From assembly GCA_001563915.1 (NCBI GenBank), contig LKMP01000001.1:48604-112603 (forward strand): DNA of 64,000 bases. Reading direction: 5' to 3'. Position 1 is the stretch's first letter; the number at the start of each line of letters is the position of its first letter. Source of the stretch: Nanohaloarchaea archaeon B1-Br10_U2g21 (GTDB lineage Archaea > Nanohalarchaeota > Nanosalinia > Nanosalinales > Nanosalinaceae). Below are positions 11,441 through 20,062 of this stretch, in pieces. A model generated the notes under the pieces. That model was not told where the DNA came from. It was given only the letters and a program-made list of their open reading frames with translations, and did no database searches. The translations under genes and the position numbers were made by a program.

Positions 11441-12336
11441 AAAAGCAAATTAAAGGTCAGATAACGCTCGAATTTATAGGTAGCGCATTATTCTTTGTAC
11501 TAGTGGTCATAGGCGTACTATCACTGACTACAGATGAAATACCTCAGTTTCATGATGATTCTGACGTTAAACTGAAAAATTTAGAGGCTAAACACGCAAC
11601 CGATTATCTCTTAACATCTCAAGGAGAGCATAGCTATGAAGACGGAGGAACTAACTGGGAAAGTAGCCAAGAAACTCTTGAGAATATTGAAAGCCCGGGT
11701 ATTGCAGGAGAAAATTATATGCATATAGAACGATCTAAACTTGAGACTATGGAAACAATAGGTACAGAAAGTGAGGGAGTGTATAATCATAGTGCGTTGA
11801 TTGACTATCTAGAACTCGAACACAGTTACAGTTTTGCTTTTACATGGTATCCTATAGTTGAAACGTATAGAAGTTTTACAAGAACTAGTCCCCCTGACTA
11901 TATTGATCTAGAGGAGCCTGTTGACTGTGATGATAGCCCTAATGACATATACTGTAGTGCGGCTAATAGAGTCAATTATGGTCAAATAACATTGAATGAC
12001 AACGATATTTATTTTTTGACGGCAGCATACGATGGCGAATATAATACAACTTACGTATCTGATTCCTGGGATTTTGAAGATAGAAGTCCTTATGGAGAAG
12101 GAGAAGTGCCTTTTGAACTAGATGAAAATAGAGCAGAACAAGACTTTGAAATTAAAGAAATTCAGAACCGCGATAATACTCCTGGTGCAATCATAGTTTT
12201 AGAATCCCACCTTCATGAGTTTGGCTCTAATCCTGACTCAGCAACAGGAGATGTAAATAAATTGAACCGATATCCGATACTTGAAGATTCTTCAAGCAGT
12301 GAAGAACTAGTTAAAATGGAGGTCTTAGTCTGGTGA
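11437..12336 (+). CDS. minor pilin-like protein
   Basis: MKKQIKG/QITLEFIGSALFFVLVV class III signal (Q+1, E+5). Confidence 0.82.
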   Translation: MKKQIKGQITLEFIGSALFFVLVVIGVLSLTTDEIPQFHDDSDVKLKNLEAKHATDYLLTSQGEHSYEDGGTNWESSQETLENIESPGIAGENYMHIERSKLETMETIGTESEGVYNHSALIDYLELEHSYSFAFTWYPIVETYRSFTRTSPPDYIDLEEPVDCDDSPNDIYCSAANRVNYGQITLNDNDIYFLTAAYDGEYNTTYVSDSWDFEDRSPYGEGEVPFELDENRAEQDFEIKEIQNRDNTPGAIIVLESHLHEFGSNPDSATGDVNKLNRYPILEDSSSSEELVKMEVLVW

Positions 12337-14102
12337 AAGGTATAGGTTATGCGTTAGAAGCAATGGTGGCAACTATAACGATACTCATATTCTCTCTTGG
12401 AGCTATGCAGGTAGCTGGACCTAGTCAAGACTGGTCAGATTATCAAAGAGAGGTAGCCGCTCAGGATTTAACTTATTCACTTCAGGCTTCAGGCCACCTT
12501 GAAAATTTTGTTCAGAGAGGTGAAACCGGTTCAATGCAAACAGCTCTTAAGACAATATCTGATAGAGACATGGAGGTAACAGGTCTAGTCTCAAACGTTC
12601 CTGTTTATGAAACAGATATAGGTTTTTACACTAAAGAAGATGACAGAATTACACAGACGTTGACTGATGATTTAGGCCAGTGTGAAGGCAGCATAGGAGA
12701 GCTTGAAGATTTTTCAGAAGATCCTGTTCTCAGAACTGATGGAGAGTATGAGGAAGAAAGCGAATACAATGTGACACTCTATTTTGGTAATACTAATCCA
12801 ACTCATAAAGACACGCCTTCGGGCTATGATACCTTATGGGTTGATAATGGAACTCAGAGATGCCAATTTGCTGAAGAAGATGGTCCTTTTTACACTAATG
12901 AGATGTTTTTCTGGGGAGACTGGGAAAGCGAAGCAGATACTGACTTCTTCGACTTTAAGGAAGTTGAAGACGATGAAGAAGCCACTTTTTACAGAGCTAC
13001 TCAACCACGCAATATTACGAATATGATTGATAGAGGAGTAAATGAAATACGTGCAGACATTTCTATGGATATGGTGGATTTCGAAGAGATTGAATCTGAA
13101 GATTATGATTTTCTAGTATTCAGAGAACGAGAGGTACTTTCAGACATCGAAAATAATAGAGAAATACTCGAAAATCATGTAGTTAATGGTCCTGCTCTCT
13201 TTATGATGAATCTGGAAGAAGATGACTTAGATGATTATAGTTTTATGGAAGATACAAATTTTGAATGGATGGATGCAGGCTATGAAGACGGATATGATGG
13301 TGAAGCGACTAATGTGGCCTTTTCAGGTCATTCGGAATCAAGTCAGATAGAGACATATTTTGAAGGTTTAGGAGGTACAACTTCAGAAGTATCTATGAAA
13401 CCTCCAGGCAAATTAGTTTCAAATGCTGAAGGTACTCTTGAGCCGTCAAGACATACGGTGTATACACCAGGAGAGTCTTATGATATCTCTGATATGGAAG
13501 TTGTAGTAGAAGATATGGATGAGGTTGAGGAAGATGATGTAAATGGAGAGCCTGAAAGCGAATGTTATGGAGAAGACTATGCTATTACAGAATATGAAGG
13601 TGTTGACTTTCCGGACTATGGACAAGTCAATGTGATAAATGTGCGTCTTGGTTCAGACTCGGAATCATGTAATTTAGATGAAAGAGGAGTGAAAATAGAT
13701 ACTACTCAATCAGGAGAATATGACTCTGACTTGATTCTAAACGGTGAAGAAATTGAACTTGGAGGGAGAAATTATATTATGAATACTCAGGAAATTGATG
13801 ACTGTGATGGAAGACATGAATGCATTGAGTTCCTGAGCGGCGCAGAGTCATTTATTGAAATAGCTCCTTATCGTGAAACATTTAGTGATTTCAGAGGTCA
13901 AAAAATAATGTTTACGGGATATAAGGAAGAATACCAAGAACATGATCTTAAACTGCTAGGCGCGATGATATATTGGCTAAGAGGAGATCAGTACAGTTTT
14001 CAAGGCGATGAAGATCCAGAAGGAGTATCCACAACAGCATACGGCAGTGTAGAAGAAGAGGTATATCTGCCTTATTCTATCAATCTAAGGTGGTCTGAAT
14101 AA
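12333..14102 (+). CDS. large acidic pilin-like protein/putative adhesin
   Basis: MKG/IGYALEAMVATITILIF class III-like signal; 589 aa; very D/E-rich; paired Cys. Confidence 0.78.
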   Translation: MKGIGYALEAMVATITILIFSLGAMQVAGPSQDWSDYQREVAAQDLTYSLQASGHLENFVQRGETGSMQTALKTISDRDMEVTGLVSNVPVYETDIGFYTKEDDRITQTLTDDLGQCEGSIGELEDFSEDPVLRTDGEYEEESEYNVTLYFGNTNPTHKDTPSGYDTLWVDNGTQRCQFAEEDGPFYTNEMFFWGDWESEADTDFFDFKEVEDDEEATFYRATQPRNITNMIDRGVNEIRADISMDMVDFEEIESEDYDFLVFREREVLSDIENNREILENHVVNGPALFMMNLEEDDLDDYSFMEDTNFEWMDAGYEDGYDGEATNVAFSGHSESSQIETYFEGLGGTTSEVSMKPPGKLVSNAEGTLEPSRHTVYTPGESYDISDMEVVVEDMDEVEEDDVNGEPESECYGEDYAITEYEGVDFPDYGQVNVINVRLGSDSESCNLDERGVKIDTTQSGEYDSDLILNGEEIELGGRNYIMNTQEIDDCDGRHECIEFLSGAESFIEIAPYRETFSDFRGQKIMFTGYKEEYQEHDLKLLGAMIYWLRGDQYSFQGDEDPEGVSTTAYGSVEEEVYLPYSINLRWSE

Positions 14103-14425
14103 AAGCACAATTTATGCTTATATCCGCTGTAATAGCAGGATTACTCATGATAACTGTAGGTTCAGTTATATCTGACATACAAGACAGGACTTTTCATCCG
14201 GAAGATACATCTTATGAAGTGCGATATATAGAGGAAGAAGCCTCGAAAATAACTTCAGGGGGTAGTGTATCTCAGCTAGAGAGACAAAATTATGAGAATT
14301 TAATTTCAAAAATGGATTATAGTAGTGATGTAGAGTACTGGGACAGAGAAGATTATACGTGCATAAATGTGACATTAACGTCTCCTGATGGTCAAATAGA
14401 GCTTCCATGTATGGGAAGAAATTGA
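14099..14425 (+). CDS. minor pilin-like protein (probable ATA start)
   Basis: In-frame ATA-AAA-GCA-CAA-TTT before ATG 14114 restores a (M)KA/QFMLISAVIAGLL class III signal. Confidence 0.7.
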   Translation: MKAQFMLISAVIAGLLMITVGSVISDIQDRTFHPEDTSYEVRYIEEEASKITSGGSVSQLERQNYENLISKMDYSSDVEYWDREDYTCINVTLTSPDGQIELPCMGRN

Positions 14426-14427
14426 AA

Positions 14428-15606
14428 CTAGAAATCCATTATGAAATCTACTTCATCTTCATCAAGATCTAGCTGTCCAGCTAAATTCGGATTAGATGCT
14501 AAAATACGAGAATAAAGCCTCAAGTCATTTTTTGCATCGTCTTTTGAAATATGGAGTTTTCCGCCAAGCTTTGAGCTAATGTTATCGAGCTTATTTCTTG
14601 AAGCCCGAGAAGAGCCCATAACTCTAAGCTTTGAAGGATACTGGTAGCGCGTCCAACCCTCATATCGTTCGTCTTTACTCAAAGCCACTCCAATAGTTGA
14701 GAAGTCATAAACATACTTCAGTAAATTCCATGACATTCTTTTACGAATCCGTCCATTAAACAAATCTGCTAAAGATAACCAGTAATAGGCTTCAGCAACA
14801 TCCTCTGGTTTTTTGTACTCGCGAGGAATGTTCTCTCTGATCCACTGAACTAAAGTATCGACGTCCTCATCTAAATTGTTTGAAGCCTGACGAGCATTAT
14901 CAGCGCTAGAAGTTTTGAACACTACTTTCAAAGTATCGAATATTTCTTGCTCAGAATCTCTCTGGCCCAATCCTTTAACGTCGTTTTTTCCCAGTTTTTC
15001 TCTTCCTAGAGCTACAGATTCTAAATCATTTATGGCAGACCTCATTTGCCCTCCAGAAAGACGAGCAATACGTTTTACAGCACCCTCATCGTAATCAATA
15101 CCTTCTTGATCTAAAATCCATTTCAAGTGAGCATTAATTGAGTTAGTATGGACAGAATCAAGCTTTATTTCCTCTGCTATATTCCGTAGAGGTCTAATCT
15201 TCTTATTATAGGCATCATTAGCAGTCATCACGACAGGAAACTTGCTGCCTTCAATTATTGACTTAAGTTCTCTTATTCCTCCGCGATCTCTGCCAGACAT
15301 TCCATCTACTTCATCAATTAAAATCAATTTTTCTCCGCCAAAAAACGAGGCTTGGCGCGTAGCTTCGAGTAACTCCTCCTTTAGCTGTCCTTTAGTTCTT
15401 ACATCAGAAGCATTAGTCTCTACTAGTTCAAAACCTAGGTCATTCGCCAAGGCTTCAACCAAAGAGGTTTTACCTGTCCCAGCTTGACCATGAAGAAGAA
15501 CGGGTTTACCATTCCAGTCTTCAACATGGGTCTTCAACTTTTTCTTCTGTTTAGAAGCTCCGCGATAGTCTTCTAAACTTTTAGGCCTATACTTCTGAAC
15601 CCACAT
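14428..15606 (-). CDS. rfcL: replication factor C large subunit
   Basis: WVQKYRP, GQAGTGKT, ETNASD, LIDEVDG. Confidence 0.93.
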   Translation of the reverse strand: MWVQKYRPKSLEDYRGASKQKKKLKTHVEDWNGKPVLLHGQAGTGKTSLVEALANDLGFELVETNASDVRTKGQLKEELLEATRQASFFGGEKLILIDEVDGMSGRDRGGIRELKSIIEGSKFPVVMTANDAYNKKIRPLRNIAEEIKLDSVHTNSINAHLKWILDQEGIDYDEGAVKRIARLSGGQMRSAINDLESVALGREKLGKNDVKGLGQRDSEQEIFDTLKVVFKTSSADNARQASNNLDEDVDTLVQWIRENIPREYKKPEDVAEAYYWLSLADLFNGRIRKRMSWNLLKYVYDFSTIGVALSKDERYEGWTRYQYPSKLRVMGSSRASRNKLDNISSKLGGKLHISKDDAKNDLRLYSRILASNPNLAGQLDLDEDEVDFIMDF

Positions 15607-15608
15607 GG

Positions 15609-16556
15609 TTACTCCTCCAAAGCAGCCATTTTAGCTAGTAAAGCTTCAATCTGTATATCAGGACTGGCTCCTTCTGTAATCCTAAAATCAAAATCTCCTA
15701 GAGATTCTACTACTTCTAACTTGGATTTGTCGTCAAGATCTAGATTATAGAGTTCTCTATGAATTGACTTAAGGATATCTTGCCCATCAAGACCTCTCTC
15801 AATCATTAAGTCCATCAAGCTATCTCGTGCATCCATAAACTCGCCTTCCAAGGATTTTTCTAGTATTTCGCTTATCTCTTCGGGTCTTAGTGATGCGGCG
15901 ACACTGTAAACATCCTTTTCTTCTATCTCAGTAGTGGATATGGCTGCTGTTTGTAATATATTTGTAACTCTTCTAAGATCTCCGTTGGCAACGCGCATAA
16001 CTGCTTTTACAGCGTCTTCAGAGATTTTAAACTCTTCAGATTCTCCTAAACGAGTTATATAAGCTTTAACGTCTTCTTGTTCAAGCTGATTGAATCTGAA
16101 AACGGCACAACGTGACTGAATAGGATCTATTATTTTTGAAGAATAGTTACAGGACATTATGAATCGGCAGTTTTCTGAAAACTGCTCCATTGTTCTTCGT
16201 AAAGCTTGTTGAGCGTCACTAGTTAAGGAATCGGCTTCGTCAAGAAAAATAATTTTGTAATCGGCATCAATTGGCTTTGTTCTTGCAAAATCCTTTATTT
16301 TCTCTCTTACAACATTTATGCCTCTCTCATCGGAGGCATTAGTCTCCATAAAGTTCTGCTTCCAGCTATCGCCATATAAATCCTTCGCTAGTGCAATTGC
16401 TGAAGTAGTTTTACCAGTTCCTGGAGGGCCAGCAAAGAGCATGTGCGGAATAGATTCATTTTCGACAAAGGCGTTTAGTCTATTCGTTATGGCGTCTTGC
16501 CCTACTACTTCGTCCAGTGTAGAAGGTCTGTGCTTCTCAGTCCAAACATCTATCAT
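15609..16556 (-). CDS. rfcS: replication factor C small subunit
   Basis: WTEKHRP, GPPGTGKT, DEAD, SRC motif; start reassigned to ATG 16556. Confidence 0.96.
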   Translation of the reverse strand: MIDVWTEKHRPSTLDEVVGQDAITNRLNAFVENESIPHMLFAGPPGTGKTTSAIALAKDLYGDSWKQNFMETNASDERGINVVREKIKDFARTKPIDADYKIIFLDEADSLTSDAQQALRRTMEQFSENCRFIMSCNYSSKIIDPIQSRCAVFRFNQLEQEDVKAYITRLGESEEFKISEDAVKAVMRVANGDLRRVTNILQTAAISTTEIEEKDVYSVAASLRPEEISEILEKSLEGEFMDARDSLMDLMIERGLDGQDILKSIHRELYNLDLDDKSKLEVVESLGDFDFRITEGASPDIQIEALLAKMAALEE

Positions 16557-16607
16557 AGAAGAAAATGAGTAGATGAAGCTTTTATTCCTTTCAAATACAT
16601 CCTTGGT

Positions 16608-17075
16608 ATGAAGGTAGGTATAACTGGAACGCCTGGCACTGGTAAGACTTCGGTAGCAAAAAAACTTGATAGAGATATAATTGACTTGAAAGAATTTGCT
16701 AAAGTAAAAGGGCTGGGTGAGCAAAAGAAAGACTTCGAAGTCGATGTTGAGTCATTAAAAAAAGAGCTGCCAGAAAATTACTGGATAGAAGGCCATTTAG
16801 CTCATGAATTGCCGCTGGACTATTGTATCGTTCTACGCACAAGCCCTAGCATATTGAGAGAAAGACTGGAAAAACGAGACTATAATGATGGGAAAATCAG
16901 CGAAAATATTGAAGCTGAGGCCATGGATCTTATTTTAAGTCAGGCGTCACACCTGAAGGTTTATGAAATAGATACTACGAATAAAGAAGCTGAAGATGTG
17001 GCTGAGGAAATTGAGAGAGCATTTGGAGAGAAAAAGGAGAGAAAAGGTATAGTTGACTGGACAGAGTACCTTTAG
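16608..17075 (+). CDS. adenylate kinase, AK6/Fap7 family
   Basis: ITGTPGTGKT, EGHLAH, RLEKRDY..KISEN. Confidence 0.88.
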   Translation: MKVGITGTPGTGKTSVAKKLDRDIIDLKEFAKVKGLGEQKKDFEVDVESLKKELPENYWIEGHLAHELPLDYCIVLRTSPSILRERLEKRDYNDGKISENIEAEAMDLILSQASHLKVYEIDTTNKEAEDVAEEIERAFGEKKERKGIVDWTEYL

Positions 17076-17380
17076 GCTTTTTCTTTTACCCATTGCTTAA
17101 GTTGCGGTTCTGTCATTGCACCAGTCTGTCTAGCTGTTTCTTGTCCATCCTTAATTATTAGAAGAGTTGGTAGCGCTCGAACCCCCATTTTTCCACCAAT
17201 CTGTTGGTGTTCCTCCATATCAACTTTTCCAAAGTTGATGTCTTCGAATTCTTCACTGACTTTTTCATAGATTGGTGCTAGTTGCTTACATGGTCCGCAC
17301 CAAGAGGCCCAGAAGTCTAGGATCCATGTCTCATTGGAATTCATTATTTCGTTTAGTTTTTCGGCATCTACTTCTTTCAT
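17072..17380 (-). CDS. trxA: thioredoxin
   Basis: DFWASWCGPC. Confidence 0.95.
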   Translation of the reverse strand: MKEVDAEKLNEIMNSNETWILDFWASWCGPCKQLAPIYEKVSEEFEDINFGKVDMEEHQQIGGKMGVRALPTLLIIKDGQETARQTGAMTEPQLKQWVKEKA

Positions 17381-18162
17381 TAATTTTCATCCTCCATAAA
17401 TACAGTTCTGATTGGGTAAGGTATATCAATTCCTTCCTCATCGTAATACTCTTTAACTCGTTGAGTTACTTCTGATGTCGCTCCTAGAAGGTTTGCGCGA
17501 GAAGGTTTAGTCCATCCTCTCAAAGTCAAGTCTACTGAAGAGTCATTAAGGTCTGAAACTAGAACCATTACGTCGTGCTCTTTAGAAACTTTTTCAGAGT
17601 CGTTTAATGCTTCTAAAGCAAGCTCTTTTGCTTTTTCTATATTTTCCTCATAACCGATTCCTACCAGTACGTCAAACCGTCTTTCGTCGTAAGCTGTATT
17701 GTTGATAACGGTGTCGTTGTAGAGCTTTGAATTTGGTACTATGATCTTCCTTCCATCATAAGTTTTGACATCTGTAGCCATTATGTTGATGTCTTTCACA
17801 GTTCCTGCTAGACCTTCGAATTCTATCTGGTCGTTAATTTTGAAGGGCTTGTTAATCATTATTAGTATGCCTGAGAAAAAGTTTGCAATTACATCTCTCA
17901 ATGCAAAAGATATTCCTAGTCCTATAAGCCCTAAGGCAGTACCTAGATGTGATAAAGGTAGTCCAAAAACTCCTAGTGCTAATATAGCAGTTAGCGGATA
18001 AATTATATAGGTTGTAAGTTTTTTAGCAGTCTTTGCTGCATGTTTATCGCCATCCCTACGCTCTACGGCTCTATCAATCATTAAATTTGAGGCTTTATTC
18101 GCCAAAACTCCGGCCACAAGCACTGAAAATGCAAATAACAACGTTAACGTTGTTATCTCCAA
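17380..18162 (-). CDS. mscS: small-conductance mechanosensitive channel
   Basis: GLGISFALRDVIANFFSG, PFKINDQI, VPNSKL, IDIPYP. Confidence 0.93.
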   Translation of the reverse strand: MEITTLTLLFAFSVLVAGVLANKASNLMIDRAVERRDGDKHAAKTAKKLTTYIIYPLTAILALGVFGLPLSHLGTALGLIGLGISFALRDVIANFFSGILIMINKPFKINDQIEFEGLAGTVKDINIMATDVKTYDGRKIIVPNSKLYNDTVINNTAYDERRFDVLVGIGYEENIEKAKELALEALNDSEKVSKEHDVMVLVSDLNDSSVDLTLRGWTKPSRANLLGATSEVTQRVKEYYDEEGIDIPYPIRTVFMEDEN

Positions 18163-18285
18163 TCCAAGGCTTGCTACTACGGCTTCTATTTCTCCATTTA
18201 AGTTGTTTAGAGGGATAAAATAAACACCTATACAAGTTAAACACGGAATGTATTTTATTAAAAGATTCGATAACTAAAACCCGAC

Positions 18286-19161
18286 ATGCACTCTCGGTAT
18301 AATGCACTACAAAACCGCGAAATAAAAGATTTGCATAACAAGACGGCTGTAGTAATAGGTCTAGGTGCTACAGGGTCGGTTATAGCAGAACACCTTGCGC
18401 GATATGGGGTAAAATTGTGCTTAGTTGACCGAGATTATCTCGAAATAAAAGATCTTTATACTTCGAATATATACACTAAAAAACAGTGCAAGAAAGCATT
18501 GCCTAAAGCTATTGCAGCACAAAAGAAATTGCAAGGACTAACAGAAACAAAGGCTGTGGTTAAAAATGTTGAACAAGTTTCAGATATTCCGGAGTCTGAT
18601 ATAGTAATTGACGGAACTGACAATATTGAAACAAGAAAAATCATAGATGAGGCATCAAAAAATAGAAATAAGCCATGGATATTCTCTTCTGCTTTAGGAG
18701 AGAGAGGAATTTCAATGTTTATCGATGAGGCTTGCTTCAACTGCATGACTCAAGGTCTTAATCCTAGAGATAGTTGTGAAACTTATGGTGTTATGCGAGA
18801 GATATCTTCAATTACAGCGTCCTGTTCAAGCCTGAAAGCGGTGGATTATCTCTCAGGAGTCAATGTGGAGGAAAAGTTAGAATTAATTCCATCTATGAAG
18901 TCTTTTACTCCAAAAAAATGTGAATGTAGTGAAGAAAGAGTTTTTAAGACTTCAAATGTGTGCGGAGATAATAAATATCAGGTTTTTGGAGACTCAAAGC
19001 CCGAGGATATAAGAGGGAAAACACTAGCTGAGAATAAATACCTGAAAAGAGTTGAGTTTAATAATTCTAAATTAACGCTTTTTAAATCCGGAAGAGCTAT
19101 AATTGAGGCAGAAAGTCAGGAGTCTGCTGAAAGACTGTACAGAGAAGCCACTTCTATATAA
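18286..19161 (+). CDS. ThiF/MoeB/E1-like adenylyltransferase
   Basis: VIGLGATGS, VDRD, DGTDNIETR, CFNC, SCETYGV. Confidence 0.85.
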   Translation: MHSRYNALQNREIKDLHNKTAVVIGLGATGSVIAEHLARYGVKLCLVDRDYLEIKDLYTSNIYTKKQCKKALPKAIAAQKKLQGLTETKAVVKNVEQVSDIPESDIVIDGTDNIETRKIIDEASKNRNKPWIFSSALGERGISMFIDEACFNCMTQGLNPRDSCETYGVMREISSITASCSSLKAVDYLSGVNVEEKLELIPSMKSFTPKKCECSEERVFKTSNVCGDNKYQVFGDSKPEDIRGKTLAENKYLKRVEFNNSKLTLFKSGRAIIEAESQESAERLYREATSI

Positions 19162-19184
19162 ACGAGACTAATTCAGTATCTTTT

Positions 19185-20030
19185 ATGTTGGATGATGCTG
19201 ACTACATAGATTACGGTTTGCAGTTAGCATTTACAGTGCTTGCAATGGCAAGCACTCTTCTAGTAGAGCCATCAAAACCCACCACATTCATATTCGCTAT
19301 GGGTATACCTGTTCTATTTGGGCATACAGCCTATATATCTAGAAACAATTTTTCAAAGGCCTCATCGGCATCTATTATTGCATTGGTTTTTGCACCTATA
19401 GGGATTATAACTGCATTATTAGCTGTGTTGTTGATATCTGCAAATTTACTCGTATCTATATTTTCATCAGGAGAATCATTTAGAGGATTTTATGGCTCAA
19501 CTTCAATTCCGCTAATAATTATTGGTGTTCTAATAGGGTCAGTTCTTACTGTTTCGATGGCGCTGGACCCGGCTTTTGAAGAACAGGTAGAAGAAGAATT
19601 TTCAGAGTTCATGACATGGAAGACAGGTATAATGATAGAGCAATCAGGAATTATAGATAGTCAACAAGAAGTTCAACAAGAGCCAATGCAAGATTTACAG
19701 CAGAGTATGGTTTCATCTCTCCAATCAGAAGTCACGAATCATTACATGAATGAAGGTGGAGAGGATGCAGAGATTTTAGAGGAAGCTTTTGATTATGCAG
19801 ACCAAGAATTACAGCGAGACTTGGAGGAAGAAGCCTCAGAAGAGTTAAACGAATCTGAAGATGTTGAGAGGCAAGTAGAATCGATGACCTCTAACGTGAT
19901 AGAAGATAGGATGATATATATCATCATACCTTTACTTGTACTAGGCTTATATGCATTCCAGCCCTTGTTAGGGCTTTTAACTGCATTTTCAGCAGTATTT
20001 TTCAGCCTAGTATATCACGAATTCTCTTGA
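19185..20030 (+). CDS. hypothetical membrane protein
   Basis: Several hydrophobic segments flanking an acidic loop. Confidence 0.75.
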   Translation: MLDDADYIDYGLQLAFTVLAMASTLLVEPSKPTTFIFAMGIPVLFGHTAYISRNNFSKASSASIIALVFAPIGIITALLAVLLISANLLVSIFSSGESFRGFYGSTSIPLIIIGVLIGSVLTVSMALDPAFEEQVEEEFSEFMTWKTGIMIEQSGIIDSQQEVQQEPMQDLQQSMVSSLQSEVTNHYMNEGGEDAEILEEAFDYADQELQRDLEEEASEELNESEDVERQVESMTSNVIEDRMIYIIIPLLVLGLYAFQPLLGLLTAFSAVFFSLVYHEFS

Positions 20031-20062
20031 AAGCTTTAAGATTACACGTATTGAGTTAATTC

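Noticed and set aside
16557-16724. N-terminal extensions in the ORF track for rfcS (also ychF, nfo, btuF-like and pilins)
   Set aside because: They overlap divergent genes or promoters, and conserved N-termini begin at downstream ATGs
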